A stretch of 38,530 nucleotides of DNA from a virus (taxonomy: Duplodnaviria > Caudoviricetes), in the IMG/VR virus record IMGVR_UViG_3300049455_000021, positions 1 through 38,530 of that record, one strand, 5' to 3'. The translations under genes and the position numbers were made by a program. The notes under the pieces are model-generated. The model was not told where the DNA came from and did no database searches. It saw only the letters and a list, made by a program, of their open reading frames with translations. Shown piece by piece: positions 16,133 through 24,279 of this stretch (position 1 is its first letter; every line of letters begins with the position of its first letter).

Positions 16133-17160
16133 CGGGCGTGCTCCTTGCGGACATAAGCGGGGATGGACAGCCGGTCGTGGGTCTTGTCGGTGACGCAGTC
16201 CTCGTACGCCTCGGGCCAGCGCTCCCGGAGCCGCTTCACATCGGTCGTCTCGCGGCTGGACTGCTCGATGGAGTACGCGGGGCGGTCGCCCATCACGGCC
16301 ATCTCGGCGCCGCCGAGCGCCGCCAACATGCGGGCGTGCGCTGCCTTCTTCGCCTTGTCGGCGGCAGTGGCGGTGGCGCACGCGTCGAGGTAGTCCGCGA
16401 GGGCGTCCTGCGCGTCCTCGTCGCGGTCGATGTGCACCGTGCCGGACCGCTCGGGGTGCAGCCGCTTATACAGGTCCAGCAGCGGCCCCGGGTCGGCGTC
16501 GGCGGACATGACCGGCGGCCGGCCTGTCTGGATGCGGGCCCACAGGTCGCCGGCGGCCGCGCGCAGGTCCAGGACCAGCTGGGCGTGGTCGGCGACCCGC
16601 ACGGTGAACTGCCGGTAGTCGTTGCCGCCGATCAGCACCGCGACGTGCATGTGATCGAAGCCGCACACGTCGGCCTGGTGGAGGGTCTGCGCGAGGACGT
16701 CATCCGGGCAGCCACGCCGCCACATCGGCGCCTTCATCTGGTGGCGGCACTTGATCTCAAGGGCGCACTGCTCGCCCTGGTTGATCGGGCACTGGAGGAC
16801 ACGCCGGTCGAGGGTGCACATCTGCCACGGCCGCTCGATGTTGGCGACCAGGCCGACGCGGCGGCCGAAGGTGCGGTTGCGGCGGGCCCACTCGCGGGCG
16901 ACGTTGTCCTCGAGGGACCGGCCCCACAGGGCGGGCTCGGAGTCGTCGTTCTCCAGCGGGAGTTCGCCGCGCTTGTCGTAGTAGACCGTCAGCTCGTTGC
17001 CGTACGAGGAGAGGCCGAGGATGGCGGCGAGGTCGGAGGAGCCGATGCCTTGGCGGCGGGCGGTGAGCCAGTCGGCGCGGTCGGCGTCGGCGGGGAGGAT
17101 GAGGCGGGCGGTGGGGGTGACGCGGCGCCCGGCAGTTGTGGTGGTGGCGACGGTGGTCAT
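16129..17160 (-). CDS. YqaJ/lambda-type exonuclease
   Basis: WLTARRQGIGSSD, WGRSLE, TLDR, LEIKC, Q motifs. Confidence 0.9.
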   Translation of the reverse strand: MTTVATTTTAGRRVTPTARLILPADADRADWLTARRQGIGSSDLAAILGLSSYGNELTVYYDKRGELPLENDDSEPALWGRSLEDNVAREWARRNRTFGRRVGLVANIERPWQMCTLDRRVLQCPINQGEQCALEIKCRHQMKAPMWRRGCPDDVLAQTLHQADVCGFDHMHVAVLIGGNDYRQFTVRVADHAQLVLDLRAAAGDLWARIQTGRPPVMSADADPGPLLDLYKRLHPERSGTVHIDRDEDAQDALADYLDACATATAADKAKKAAHARMLAALGGAEMAVMGDRPAYSIEQSSRETTDVKRLRERWPEAYEDCVTDKTHDRLSIPAYVRKEHAR

Positions 17161-17444
17161 CAGCTTCCCCCTGTCTCGCGGTAGGTGTAGAAGCGGCGCG
17201 GGGTTCCGTCGCCGTGTCGGTTGAGGTGTCCCTCGACTGCGAGTCGCGCCAGGTGGCGGCGGATCGTGGCGCGGTAGGTGTGAGAGCGGAGGAACTGGCG
17301 GAACACCGGCTTGGCGCGGCCCACGGTCCACTCGCCGCCCTCGCGGCGGATGGTGTCGAGGAGGTGCTGGCGGAGGGCCAGGCGGCGGGCGTGTGGCCCG
17401 GGGGCCGGGGCGGTGGTCGCCCCGGCCGACGAGGTGATGGTCAC
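17160..17444 (-). CDS. small winged-helix-like protein
   Basis: RATIRRHLARLAVEGHL..RRFY. Confidence 0.6.
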   Translation of the reverse strand: MTITSSAGATTAPAPGPHARRLALRQHLLDTIRREGGEWTVGRAKPVFRQFLRSHTYRATIRRHLARLAVEGHLNRHGDGTPRRFYTYRETGGS

Positions 17445-17809
17445 TCGGTGACCGCCTTCGCCAGTTCGGCGCGGGCGGCCCGCTCGGCGGCGGCCAGGGC
17501 CTGCTCCCCGCCCGCGTCGATGACGGCCTGCTCGGCGGGGCCGTACCCCATCGCGTTGTTGACCTGCTTGTGCAGCTCGCGGTTGGCGATGCGCAGGCGC
17601 TGGTTCGCGGCGAGGAGTTCCCCGTGGCCCTTGGTGAGGGACTCCCGGGCGATGACCGCCTCGGCCTCGGCCAGGTCAGCGCGCTGTCGGGTCTTGGTGA
17701 GGTCGGCGGCGAGCTGGGCGGCGTGTGCGCGGGTCTCGCGGAGGTCGGCGCGGAGGAGGCTCATGGCGCGGGCCTGCTCGTCGATGTGGCGGCGGGTCTG
17801 GATTCTCAT
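17441..17809 (-). CDS. coiled-coil hypothetical protein
   Basis: 122 aa, coupled overlaps. Confidence 0.65.
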   Translation of the reverse strand: MRIQTRRHIDEQARAMSLLRADLRETRAHAAQLAADLTKTRQRADLAEAEAVIARESLTKGHGELLAANQRLRIANRELHKQVNNAMGYGPAEQAVIDAGGEQALAAAERAARAELAKAVTE

Positions 17810-18246
17810 CAGGCGGCGCTCCTGTCCTGCTGGTGGGGGAAGACGGGGCCGGCCGCAGCCGTGATCCGGGTGGCCAGGGCGCGGGCGGCCGTTGCGCCGT
17901 ACCGCATCTCGGTGCCGCCGAGGCGGTCGAGCAGTTCGTCGAGCAGGGCGTCCAGCGCCGGGCCGGACGCGTCGGCAATGGCGGTGAGCTCCTCGCCGAC
18001 TCCGTCGGGGTCCTCGGTGAACTCGGCGGCGTGGGCCCGGAACAGGGCGGCGGCAAGGGGGTGCACGTCGACGGCGGCGCCGAGGCCGGTCGTGCGGACG
18101 TACATCGGGTACGGGCCCGCGATCTCAACGGCCGGGCGGGCGAGGAGGCCGGCCGCGCTCAGGGCGGCGGCGATCTCGTCGGGGGTGCCGACCGTGTTGG
18201 CGATGATCAGGGCCGCGCGGCGCTCGGCTGGGGTCGGGGTACTCAT
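17809..18246 (-). CDS. hypothetical protein
   Basis: 145 aa, coupled overlaps. Confidence 0.65.
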   Translation of the reverse strand: MSTPTPAERRAALIIANTVGTPDEIAAALSAAGLLARPAVEIAGPYPMYVRTTGLGAAVDVHPLAAALFRAHAAEFTEDPDGVGEELTAIADASGPALDALLDELLDRLGGTEMRYGATAARALATRITAAAGPVFPHQQDRSAA

Positions 18247-18554
18247 CGGGCATCGCTCCCTGCGGCGGCCTTCTCCAGCTCCGCGATGCGGGCCCGGGCC
18301 TCCGTCAGCTCGTCCTCGGCGGTCCTCTTACGCTCGATCTCCTGGGCGATCCCGTCCCGCCACAGCTGCACCGTCGCCAACACGCGGTTTGCTCCGGCGA
18401 GCTGCTCGTCGAGCGGCATGTTGGACGGGGCCATGAACTGGATTTCGGTGCCGTTGAACTCGCCCTGCGGGTAGATGCTCAGGACCCTCGGGTTGGGGCC
18501 GGATTCGGCGGTGGCTTTCGCCGTCCAGAACGAGAGGATGCGGGAGTCGTTCAT
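18243..18554 (-). CDS. hypothetical protein
   Basis: 103 aa, AAGGAG RBS. Confidence 0.65.
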   Translation of the reverse strand: MNDSRILSFWTAKATAESGPNPRVLSIYPQGEFNGTEIQFMAPSNMPLDEQLAGANRVLATVQLWRDGIAQEIERKRTAEDELTEARARIAELEKAAAGSDAR

Positions 18555-18676
18555 CGGGTGCTCTCCTTGCGGGTCAGGAAGCGGTAGGTCCGGCGGGTGA
18601 GCGCTCCGAGCGCCTCAGCGACCGTCAGGGACACGGCGGACACGGCAGCGCAGACCAGCAGCGCGTGCCCGATCAC
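18551..18676 (-). CDS. small hydrophobic protein (41 aa)
   Basis: GTGA/ATGA overlaps fill the gap exactly. Confidence 0.5.
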   Translation of the reverse strand: MIGHALLVCAAVSAVSLTVAEALGALTRRTYRFLTRKESTR

Positions 18677-19077
18677 GAGCGCATCCAGGAGTGCGTCGCG
18701 CTGTTGTCACCCGTCATCTGGTGGTGCCCGAGGTGGCTGGCCTGCAGGTCGCACCGGCGACCGTGCGGCGATTCGTGACCGCACACCCCGGTCGGGGGCT
18801 CCAGCTCGGCGACACGGGCCGTCAGGCGCTTCACCTCAGCGAGCAGCGCGGCCATGTCGGAGTGCGCGTTGAGAACGAACTCCCGGTCCGCGCTGGCCTC
18901 GTCGCCTACGCCGAAGTCCATCGAGGCGATGCCGCGGGCGTAACCGTGGTGCTCAGCGACGACGAAGTTCGGGTCGTCGTAGGAGCCCCGGTTGAGGTAC
19001 CAGTGGCCCGAGGTGGCGGCCTGGTGGCGGGCGCGGATCTCCTCCAACTGCTCGGACGGCAGCGGTTCGGCGCTCAT
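18673..19077 (-). CDS. Ead/Ea22-like early protein
   Basis: EIRARHQAATSGHW...DREFVLNAHSDMAALLAEV. Confidence 0.6.
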   Translation of the reverse strand: MSAEPLPSEQLEEIRARHQAATSGHWYLNRGSYDDPNFVVAEHHGYARGIASMDFGVGDEASADREFVLNAHSDMAALLAEVKRLTARVAELEPPTGVCGHESPHGRRCDLQASHLGHHQMTGDNSATHSWMRS

Positions 19078-19532
19078 CGGGCGGCCTCCGCCCGGCACGC
19101 AGCGATCGCCAGCCGGTACGCCGCCGCCGTCTCAACCGCCCAGTCCGCCGGATCACCGTGATCCCCAACGAACCACGCCGCCAACTCCCGCTCCGACAGC
19201 ACCGTCTGCGTGTACGCCCGGAACTGACCGTCGTACACCAGACCGGACAACTCCGTGTGAAGCCGCACCCGCCCCGAGTCGACCCGCAGCTCCTGGTGGA
19301 TGATGCCGCCGAACCGGGCCTGGTAGGCGAGCACCCCCGGGATGGTGTTGTACAGGTGAATGTCCACGCTCACCCCGTTGCGGGTGCTGTGCAGGTGGAC
19401 GTCATGGGGGACGGGCTCGCCGAACGCGACGATCGTCTCCGCCAGGGCGAGCGCTGCCATGAGCTGCGGCCGGCGGGCATCGGCCTTCGGCCGGGTGGTG
19501 AGCTGGGTGGTGTGAGTAGGCTGTGTCATCAC
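19074..19532 (-). CDS. hypothetical early protein
   Basis: AAGGAGG RBS. Confidence 0.7.
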   Translation of the reverse strand: MMTQPTHTTQLTTRPKADARRPQLMAALALAETIVAFGEPVPHDVHLHSTRNGVSVDIHLYNTIPGVLAYQARFGGIIHQELRVDSGRVRLHTELSGLVYDGQFRAYTQTVLSERELAAWFVGDHGDPADWAVETAAAYRLAIAACRAEAAR

Positions 19533-19624
19533 GGCCTGCCTCCTTCTTTGTCTGGAGTGCTCGGTGGGCCAGGGCCGTCCCGGGTTGGCGCCAGGGGGCG
19601 GCCTGCTCCATGTCTGGGGGTCGG

Positions 19625-19873
19625 TCAGGCAGAGCGACGCGAGAGCAGCGCCTGGGCGGAACGGGCTGCGGTGGCCTGCTGGCCCGCGTCCGCCTCATCG
19701 CCGGCGTGCCACGCCTTGACTGCGGCCAGGTCGAACCGGCGGTGGCCGCTGCGGAGACGCTCCACCGGGCATCCCTCACGGACCCACTTGTTGACGGTCC
19801 AGTCGGAGACGTCGTAGTACTTCTCGAGCTCGGCCTGCTTAAGCAGGGGGAGCGGAAGCGTGCTCACGCTCAT
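19625..19873 (-). CDS. excisionase-like HTH protein
   Basis: YYDVSDWTVNKWVREGCP..GHRRFDL; follows the Cro-like gene. Confidence 0.75.
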   Translation of the reverse strand: MSVSTLPLPLLKQAELEKYYDVSDWTVNKWVREGCPVERLRSGHRRFDLAAVKAWHAGDEADAGQQATAARSAQALLSRRSA

Positions 19874-20168
19874 CGGGTGTTGACCTTTCCTTTGTGGAAG
19901 TGGAAGCTTCTGGCATGTCGAACAGCTTCTGGAGTGGCTGGTTGAGGGCCTCAGCTATCAGCCATGCAGTCCGGATTCGGCAGCGCTGCCGGGCGGACTT
20001 CCCCGCCTCATTGGCGAGCATGCCGATCGCCCCGTGGCTGACGCCTCGTCCGGTCTCGTCGACCTCCTTGGTGGCCGCGGCGAGCTTCGGGATGGACAGC
20101 CCGGATGCCTTGATGGCTCTCCGGAGCGGCTCGCCGTTGCTCTTGCGGGGCAGGAGGGACATGGGCAA
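19839..20168 (-). CDS. Cro-like XRE regulator
   Basis: GLSIPKLAA..GVSHGAIGML..AWLIAEAL; divergent from the repressor. Confidence 0.7.
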   Translation of the reverse strand: MPMSLLPRKSNGEPLRRAIKASGLSIPKLAAATKEVDETGRGVSHGAIGMLANEAGKSARQRCRIRTAWLIAEALNQPLQKLFDMPEASTSTKERSTPDEREHASAPPA

Positions 20169-20213
20169 CCTCGCGGTTTCGTGGTCGGCGGCTGGTTGCT
20201 GCTGACATTCACA

Positions 20214-20371
20214 TTTCTACATGGATTGTGGATGTGAGTCAAGGGAGTAGTGGGTAGTTCTGGGGAGGATCAAGAGGGGGTGGCGGTATTCGAATGCATG
20301 TTCTATGGTGGATGAGATTGCGCCACCCTTCCACGATGCGCTTGTGAATGTGGAAGGCTCTCCGGCATGAT
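20214..20371. promoter_or_regulatory. divergent lysis/lysogeny promoters with operator TTGTGRAWGTG
   Basis: Minus TTGACT-N17-TAGAAA (20242-20214); plus TTGTGA-N18-CATGAT (20342-20371); operators at 20226 and 20342. Confidence 0.6.
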
Positions 20372-20377
20372 TGCGGC

Positions 20378-20734
20378 ATGGACACGGTTGACGAGGGCGA
20401 GACGCTCGCGCAGCTGATCCGGCGGGTCCAGGACGCACGTCCCGAACTGACCCAGACCGAGATCGCTCGACGCGCAGGTGTGTCCATCTCTGCCGTCAAC
20501 TCGTGGGCGAACGGCGTCCGAGTCCCATCCCGGCGCAGCTGTGACAAGCTCGCCGACGCGATCGGCGAGCCCCGTGAGCGCGTCTTCGCCGCAGCGAACC
20601 GCCGCACACCCGGCGCGCTCAGCCCCGAATCCGAGCAGCGGATCCTTGAGCTGTACCGCAAGCTCACAGCTGAGGAGCAGCGGATCGTCGAGCGACAGCT
20701 GGTGGCACTCGCTGTCGAAGACCCCCTCGCATAA
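20378..20734 (+). CDS. immunity repressor, XRE HTH
   Basis: LTQTEIARRAGVSISAVNSWANGVRVP; upstream of the integrase. Confidence 0.8.
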   Translation: MDTVDEGETLAQLIRRVQDARPELTQTEIARRAGVSISAVNSWANGVRVPSRRSCDKLADAIGEPRERVFAAANRRTPGALSPESEQRILELYRKLTAEEQRIVERQLVALAVEDPLA

Positions 20735-20901
20735 CTGGCATATGCCACAGGGCGTGTGGCACCCAGTGCCGAGCACCCGTCAAATGCTCGCAGAACCGCC
20801 CACTTGGCACTATGTTCGTGTGCTCAGGCACCGCGAGATCGCAGCTGCACCGTCCTCCCCCAGCTGCCCTGATGGCACCTCACGCCCCGAGGGGACGACG
20901 C

Positions 20902-21147
20902 ATGTGCATCTCCGTCCACCGCCGCAACCCGACCACCAACTGCAGTCCCTGGCTTCCCCGCACCCGAGTCATCGTCATCCCCGCCGGCCTCAGCCCCGGG
21001 CGTAGCCTCATCGCCGTCCGGGCGGTTCTCACCGAACTCGGCATCCCACAGCGCGCCGATGGTGCACGCTGCTTCTGCGGGGAGGCCGTGCTGGTGTGCC
21101 GGGTCCCCGCCCAGAGGTCGATTGAGGGGGTCCGAGTTGCCTCGTAG
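20902..21147 (+). CDS. small hypothetical protein with CFCG motif
   Basis: GAGGGG RBS; overlaps the integrase start. Confidence 0.6.
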   Translation: MCISVHRRNPTTNCSPWLPRTRVIVIPAGLSPGRSLIAVRAVLTELGIPQRADGARCFCGEAVLVCRVPAQRSIEGVRVAS

Positions 21148-22384
21148 GGCGCAGAACAACCCGCGCCAGATGCGGGCCAAGAGCTGCGGGTGCAAGCTCT
21201 GCTTGCTGGAGTTCCCGGGTGACCGGAAGCCCCAGCGTGACTGTATCGGGGCGTGGCAGGCCAGGTACCGCGGGCCGGACGGAAAGCAGAAGGCGAAGAA
21301 CTTCCCCAAGCAGCGGCAGGCCGACGCGTTCCTCGACGAGGTCCGCACAACGGTCCGTCAGGGCACCTACCTGGACCCGAAGCGCGGCCAGATGAAGATC
21401 GCCGACTGGCATGCGAAGTGGTGGCCGACGCAGGAGAAGAAGGGGCGGCCGGCAACCCGCACTCGCAAGGACTCGGTGTGGTCGGTCCATGTGAAGCCCG
21501 AATGGGGGGCGTGGCCGCTGGCGTCTGTCGGCTTCATCGAGCTGGACGACTGGCTGCAGAACAGTGTGCAGGGGTACCACACCCGCAAGAAGTGCCTGGA
21601 GTACATGCGGAAGATGTTCCAGGCGGCCATCCTGGACAAGCGGATCACGACGAACCCCACGTTTGGCATCGAGCTGACGGCACCAGCGGCCAAGCACCCC
21701 GACGATCTCGCACCGCCCACCGATGAGCAGGTCGCTGCTATCCGCGAGCATCTGCCGGAGTACTACCGCCCGCTGCTGGACTTCGCCGACGAGACCGGCA
21801 TGCGCTGGGGCGAGTACACCGGCCTGCGGCTCTGTCACGTCAACCTGCCCGCGCAGACCGCGCGAGTGGCTGAGGTCATTTCGGAGGACCACGGCAAGCT
21901 GTTCCGGCAGGCCGCCCCCAAGAACAACGCGGGCTTCCGCACGGTGCCGCTGACGCCGCTCGCGATGGCGGCAGCGCAGGCAATGATCAAGCAGTGGCAC
22001 CCCAAGGCGACGCGCTCCGAGATCGACGCTGAACTCCACGAGGAGGAGGTGCTATTCGTCGGGCCCCGGCGGGGCATCCTGTCGAGGCACAACTTCCGGC
22101 GGGTGTGGATCAAGGCGATCCAGGATGCTGGTGTCGCTCGGAAGGTTCCCAACCCCGAGACGGGCAGGATGGAGTGGTGGCCTCATGTTCACCACCTCCG
22201 GCACCGATTTGCCACACGGCTGAAGGACGCGAACGTCCCGGAGAAGGACAGCCAGGCGATCATGGGCCATGAGCGCGGCTCAAAGGTCACCTGGCTGTAC
22301 CAGCACGCTGGGGCGGACGTGGTCGAGTCGGTGCGCGCGGCCCTGGTGGGCGCTAAGCCGCCTCAACTGCAGGTCGTCTCGTGA
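21137..22384 (+). CDS. int: tyrosine integrase
   Basis: TGMRWGE, PKNNAG, HHLRH, MGH, WLYQH catalytic motifs; TTG start after GAGGGG. Confidence 0.95.
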   Translation: MPRRAQNNPRQMRAKSCGCKLCLLEFPGDRKPQRDCIGAWQARYRGPDGKQKAKNFPKQRQADAFLDEVRTTVRQGTYLDPKRGQMKIADWHAKWWPTQEKKGRPATRTRKDSVWSVHVKPEWGAWPLASVGFIELDDWLQNSVQGYHTRKKCLEYMRKMFQAAILDKRITTNPTFGIELTAPAAKHPDDLAPPTDEQVAAIREHLPEYYRPLLDFADETGMRWGEYTGLRLCHVNLPAQTARVAEVISEDHGKLFRQAAPKNNAGFRTVPLTPLAMAAAQAMIKQWHPKATRSEIDAELHEEEVLFVGPRRGILSRHNFRRVWIKAIQDAGVARKVPNPETGRMEWWPHVHHLRHRFATRLKDANVPEKDSQAIMGHERGSKVTWLYQHAGADVVESVRAALVGAKPPQLQVVS

Positions 22385-22529
22385 GAGTCCACAACGAGTC
22401 CACAATCCCTGATCGCCGTTCCACTCCGAGGCTCTCTGCTCCTCTGAGTTGATGGAGAGTCGGACTCTTGCCTCAGTCGCTCTGAGACTCTTTCAGGCTC
22501 TCCGTTCCTAGTACTGATCTTCCACTGTT

Positions 22530-22572
22530 CTCCTAAAGCCGGTGTCGCAGGTTCGAATCCTGCATGGGGCAC
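22530..22572 (+). other. att core: 3' half of tRNA-Arg(CCT)
   Basis: CTCCTAA anticodon loop, GCAGG-TTCGAAT-CCTGC T arm, 3' acceptor strand; no D arm or 5' half. Confidence 0.85.
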
Positions 22573-22590
22573 AGCACGAGTGACCTGCAC

Positions 22591-22627
22591 AGGAGCCCCG
22601 AACGAGATCATGGTTCGGGGCTCTTTT
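22591..22627 (+). terminator. terminator for the reconstituted tRNA
   Basis: GAGCCCCGAAC...GTTCGGGGCTC-TTTT. Confidence 0.7.
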
Positions 22628-22717
22628 GGATCATGAGAGTCCGCAACAAGTCCACAACGCCCCGGGATGCCCCCGTTAAGGCCCTGGTAAAAGTTCGATC
22701 GTCAAGTAAAGTGGAAG

Positions 22718-22847
22718 ACGTAGGGGCGGCCACGTTGGCACGGCCGGATACGCCCCCTTCGCGTAGCCGTGGAACGACCGGGGAGGACAACCTAGGTCGA
22801 ACCACGGGAGAGCCCCCCGTCGCTTCTACCGACGGGGGGCTCTCTTG
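22718..22847 (+). ncRNA. candidate small structured RNA A
   Basis: TAAAGT at 22707, two hairpins, then a 15-bp perfect stem 22808-22844. Confidence 0.4.
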
Positions 22848-22857
22848 CTGTACACAG

Positions 22858-22982
22858 TAAACCGCCCCGGCGCTCAATGAGCACCGGGGCGGGACGCCAA
22901 CTTGGGCGTCTAACGGGCCTCGGGGGGTACGCAACCTCCGAGGCCCGCTCCGTTCGCTCCCGCAGGAGCTGATGGGGTGGCG
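22858..22982 (-). ncRNA. candidate small structured RNA B
   Basis: TTGCCA-N17-GACAAT promoter (23015-22987); four consecutive hairpins, the last followed by TTT. Confidence 0.45.
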
Positions 22983-22998
22983 ACCGATTGTCGCCAAA

Positions 22999-23016
22999 TT
23001 TGCCACGCGTGGCAAA
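22999..23016. promoter_or_regulatory. perfect 18-bp palindrome, likely XRE operator
   Basis: TTTGCCACGCGTGGCAAA; a related TGGCGAC-N5-GTCGCCA lies at 22978-22996. Confidence 0.6.
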
Positions 23017-23050
23017 GACACGGGCAGGTCAGGGCCTACAGCTTGGACGG

Positions 23051-23290
23051 GTGTCTGAAAATGATCTACCGCTCTGGGTCCAGCGACAAAGATGGGAGAT
23101 CGGCGCGCGAATCCGGAAGATCAGGCGGGATCGAGACTTGACCCAGCTCCAGCTCGCCGAGCTTGTAGGCATCGACAACCGGACGATCAGCCGGATTGAG
23201 AACGGTGTCCACGCGACCGACGTTGACATGATCGCCAGGCTTGCCCACGGACTCCGGGTGCCCAGCTGGCGGTTCTTCCGTGAGGAGTAG
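23051..23290 (+). CDS. XRE-family HTH regulator
   Basis: IGARIRKIR..LTQLQLAELVGIDNRTISRIENG. Confidence 0.85.
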   Translation: MSENDLPLWVQRQRWEIGARIRKIRRDRDLTQLQLAELVGIDNRTISRIENGVHATDVDMIARLAHGLRVPSWRFFREE

Positions 23291-23470
23291 CGTCTGCCTG
23301 TCTGCCGGCGCCGGGAGATGCCCCCGGACCGAGTCCGACCAGTTGTTGAGGACGTCGACGAACTCGCCAGTCGTGTACTGGCCGCAACAGACGCAGTAAC
23401 CCCAGTCCTGGCCGACCGGCACCGTGCTGGCCGGATGTGGCTGCGGCTCGAACCGCCGTCCGTCGCTCAC
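23066..23470 (-). CDS. small zinc-ribbon-like protein; C-terminal extent doubtful
   Basis: GTGA overlap; WGYCVCCG; runs antisense into the XRE gene. Confidence 0.4.
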   Translation of the reverse strand: MSDGRRFEPQPHPASTVPVGQDWGYCVCCGQYTTGEFVDVLNNWSDSVRGHLPAPADRQTLLLTEEPPAGHPESVGKPGDHVNVGRVDTVLNPADRPVVDAYKLGELELGQVSIPPDLPDSRADLPSLSLDPER

Positions 23471-23733
23471 CGGGCGCTCGCGGGGCGGACCTTCACGGCG
23501 TGCGAGCGGCCGTCCATCGCGAAGCAGAGCATCAGCTCTCCGTCACGCTGCAGGAACTCCTCCACCCGCTCGACGGCACCCTCACCGAGGAACTCGCGGT
23601 ACGCCTCGTACTGCAAGTTCCCGAGGGGCAGGGCCCGCAGGGAATCCCACAGGGTCGTGACGGCGTCCGGGAGCCCGCTGACCGTGGCCGGCCCCATGAC
23701 GTCCTCGATCTCCACGATCATCGGGCCCTTCAC
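23467..23733 (-). CDS. hypothetical protein
   Basis: GTGA overlap with the upstream gene; 88 aa. Confidence 0.65.
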   Translation of the reverse strand: MKGPMIVEIEDVMGPATVSGLPDAVTTLWDSLRALPLGNLQYEAYREFLGEGAVERVEEFLQRDGELMLCFAMDGRSHAVKVRPASAR

Positions 23734-24158
23734 CGCGACACCAGCTCGGCGAGCACGGCAGCCAGGCGGGCCGGGTTGGTGAGGCGGCCACTGCCGTCCG
23801 GCGGTCGGAGCCAGTGGACGCCCAGAGGCCCGCGCCGCTCCGGGTCGGGGATCGGCAGGTAGTGCAGGTCGCCCCGGCACAGGGCGACGGATGCATCCCA
23901 GGTCATGTCGGTGTGCGGCGGTACGAGGACGAAGAGGATGCCGATGCCGTCGTCCTTGATGATGGGCCCGTCGATGGCTGGGTCGTCCAGGATCTGGTGT
24001 TCCAGTGCGGCGGGTACCTCGACTGCGTCGAAGGCGCGGCCGAGAGGGAGGATCGCAATGCCGTCACGGTGGGCGGCCCACCATCGGTAGGCGTGGTCAG
24101 CGTCGGTGTCCGCCGTGGCGAGCCACTCTCTGGCGGCGTCGATGGTGGGTGTTGACAT
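23730..24158 (-). CDS. degenerate bifunctional primase-polymerase-like domain protein
   Basis: LPLGRAFDAVEVP, GPII.D, LFVLVPP, YLPIP, WLRPPDG pattern. Confidence 0.55.
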   Translation of the reverse strand: MSTPTIDAAREWLATADTDADHAYRWWAAHRDGIAILPLGRAFDAVEVPAALEHQILDDPAIDGPIIKDDGIGILFVLVPPHTDMTWDASVALCRGDLHYLPIPDPERRGPLGVHWLRPPDGSGRLTNPARLAAVLAELVSR

Positions 24159-24234
24159 GGAACGATCCCCTCACTGTCGGTCAGTAAGGGGATCGTTCCA
24201 CTCTGCAACCGCCGTCCCGGGACAGAAACTGTCC
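24158..24234 (-). promoter_or_regulatory. RBS-occluding hairpin and GGACAG-N3-CTGTCC operator
   Basis: 14-bp perfect stem 24158-24171/24187-24200; palindrome 24220-24234. Confidence 0.55.
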
Positions 24235-24279
24235 AGGGGACTACTCGACAGTAGCTCTTGACTACCCGTCAGATATCTG

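Larger units (their letters stand above)
22382..22658 (+). mobile_element. attP with arm-type repeats
   Basis: TGAGAGTCCACAACGAGTCCACAA (22382) and TGAGAGTCCGCAACAAGTCCACAA (22634) flank the tRNA-like core. Confidence 0.8.

Noticed and set aside
22500-22575. Complete tRNA gene
   Set aside because: Only the anticodon loop onward is tRNA-like; no D arm or pairing 5' strand, so it is the att core
22564-23021. ORFs 22564..22860 (+) and 22608..23021 (-)
   Set aside because: No RBS, atypical composition, and they cross attP arms and terminators
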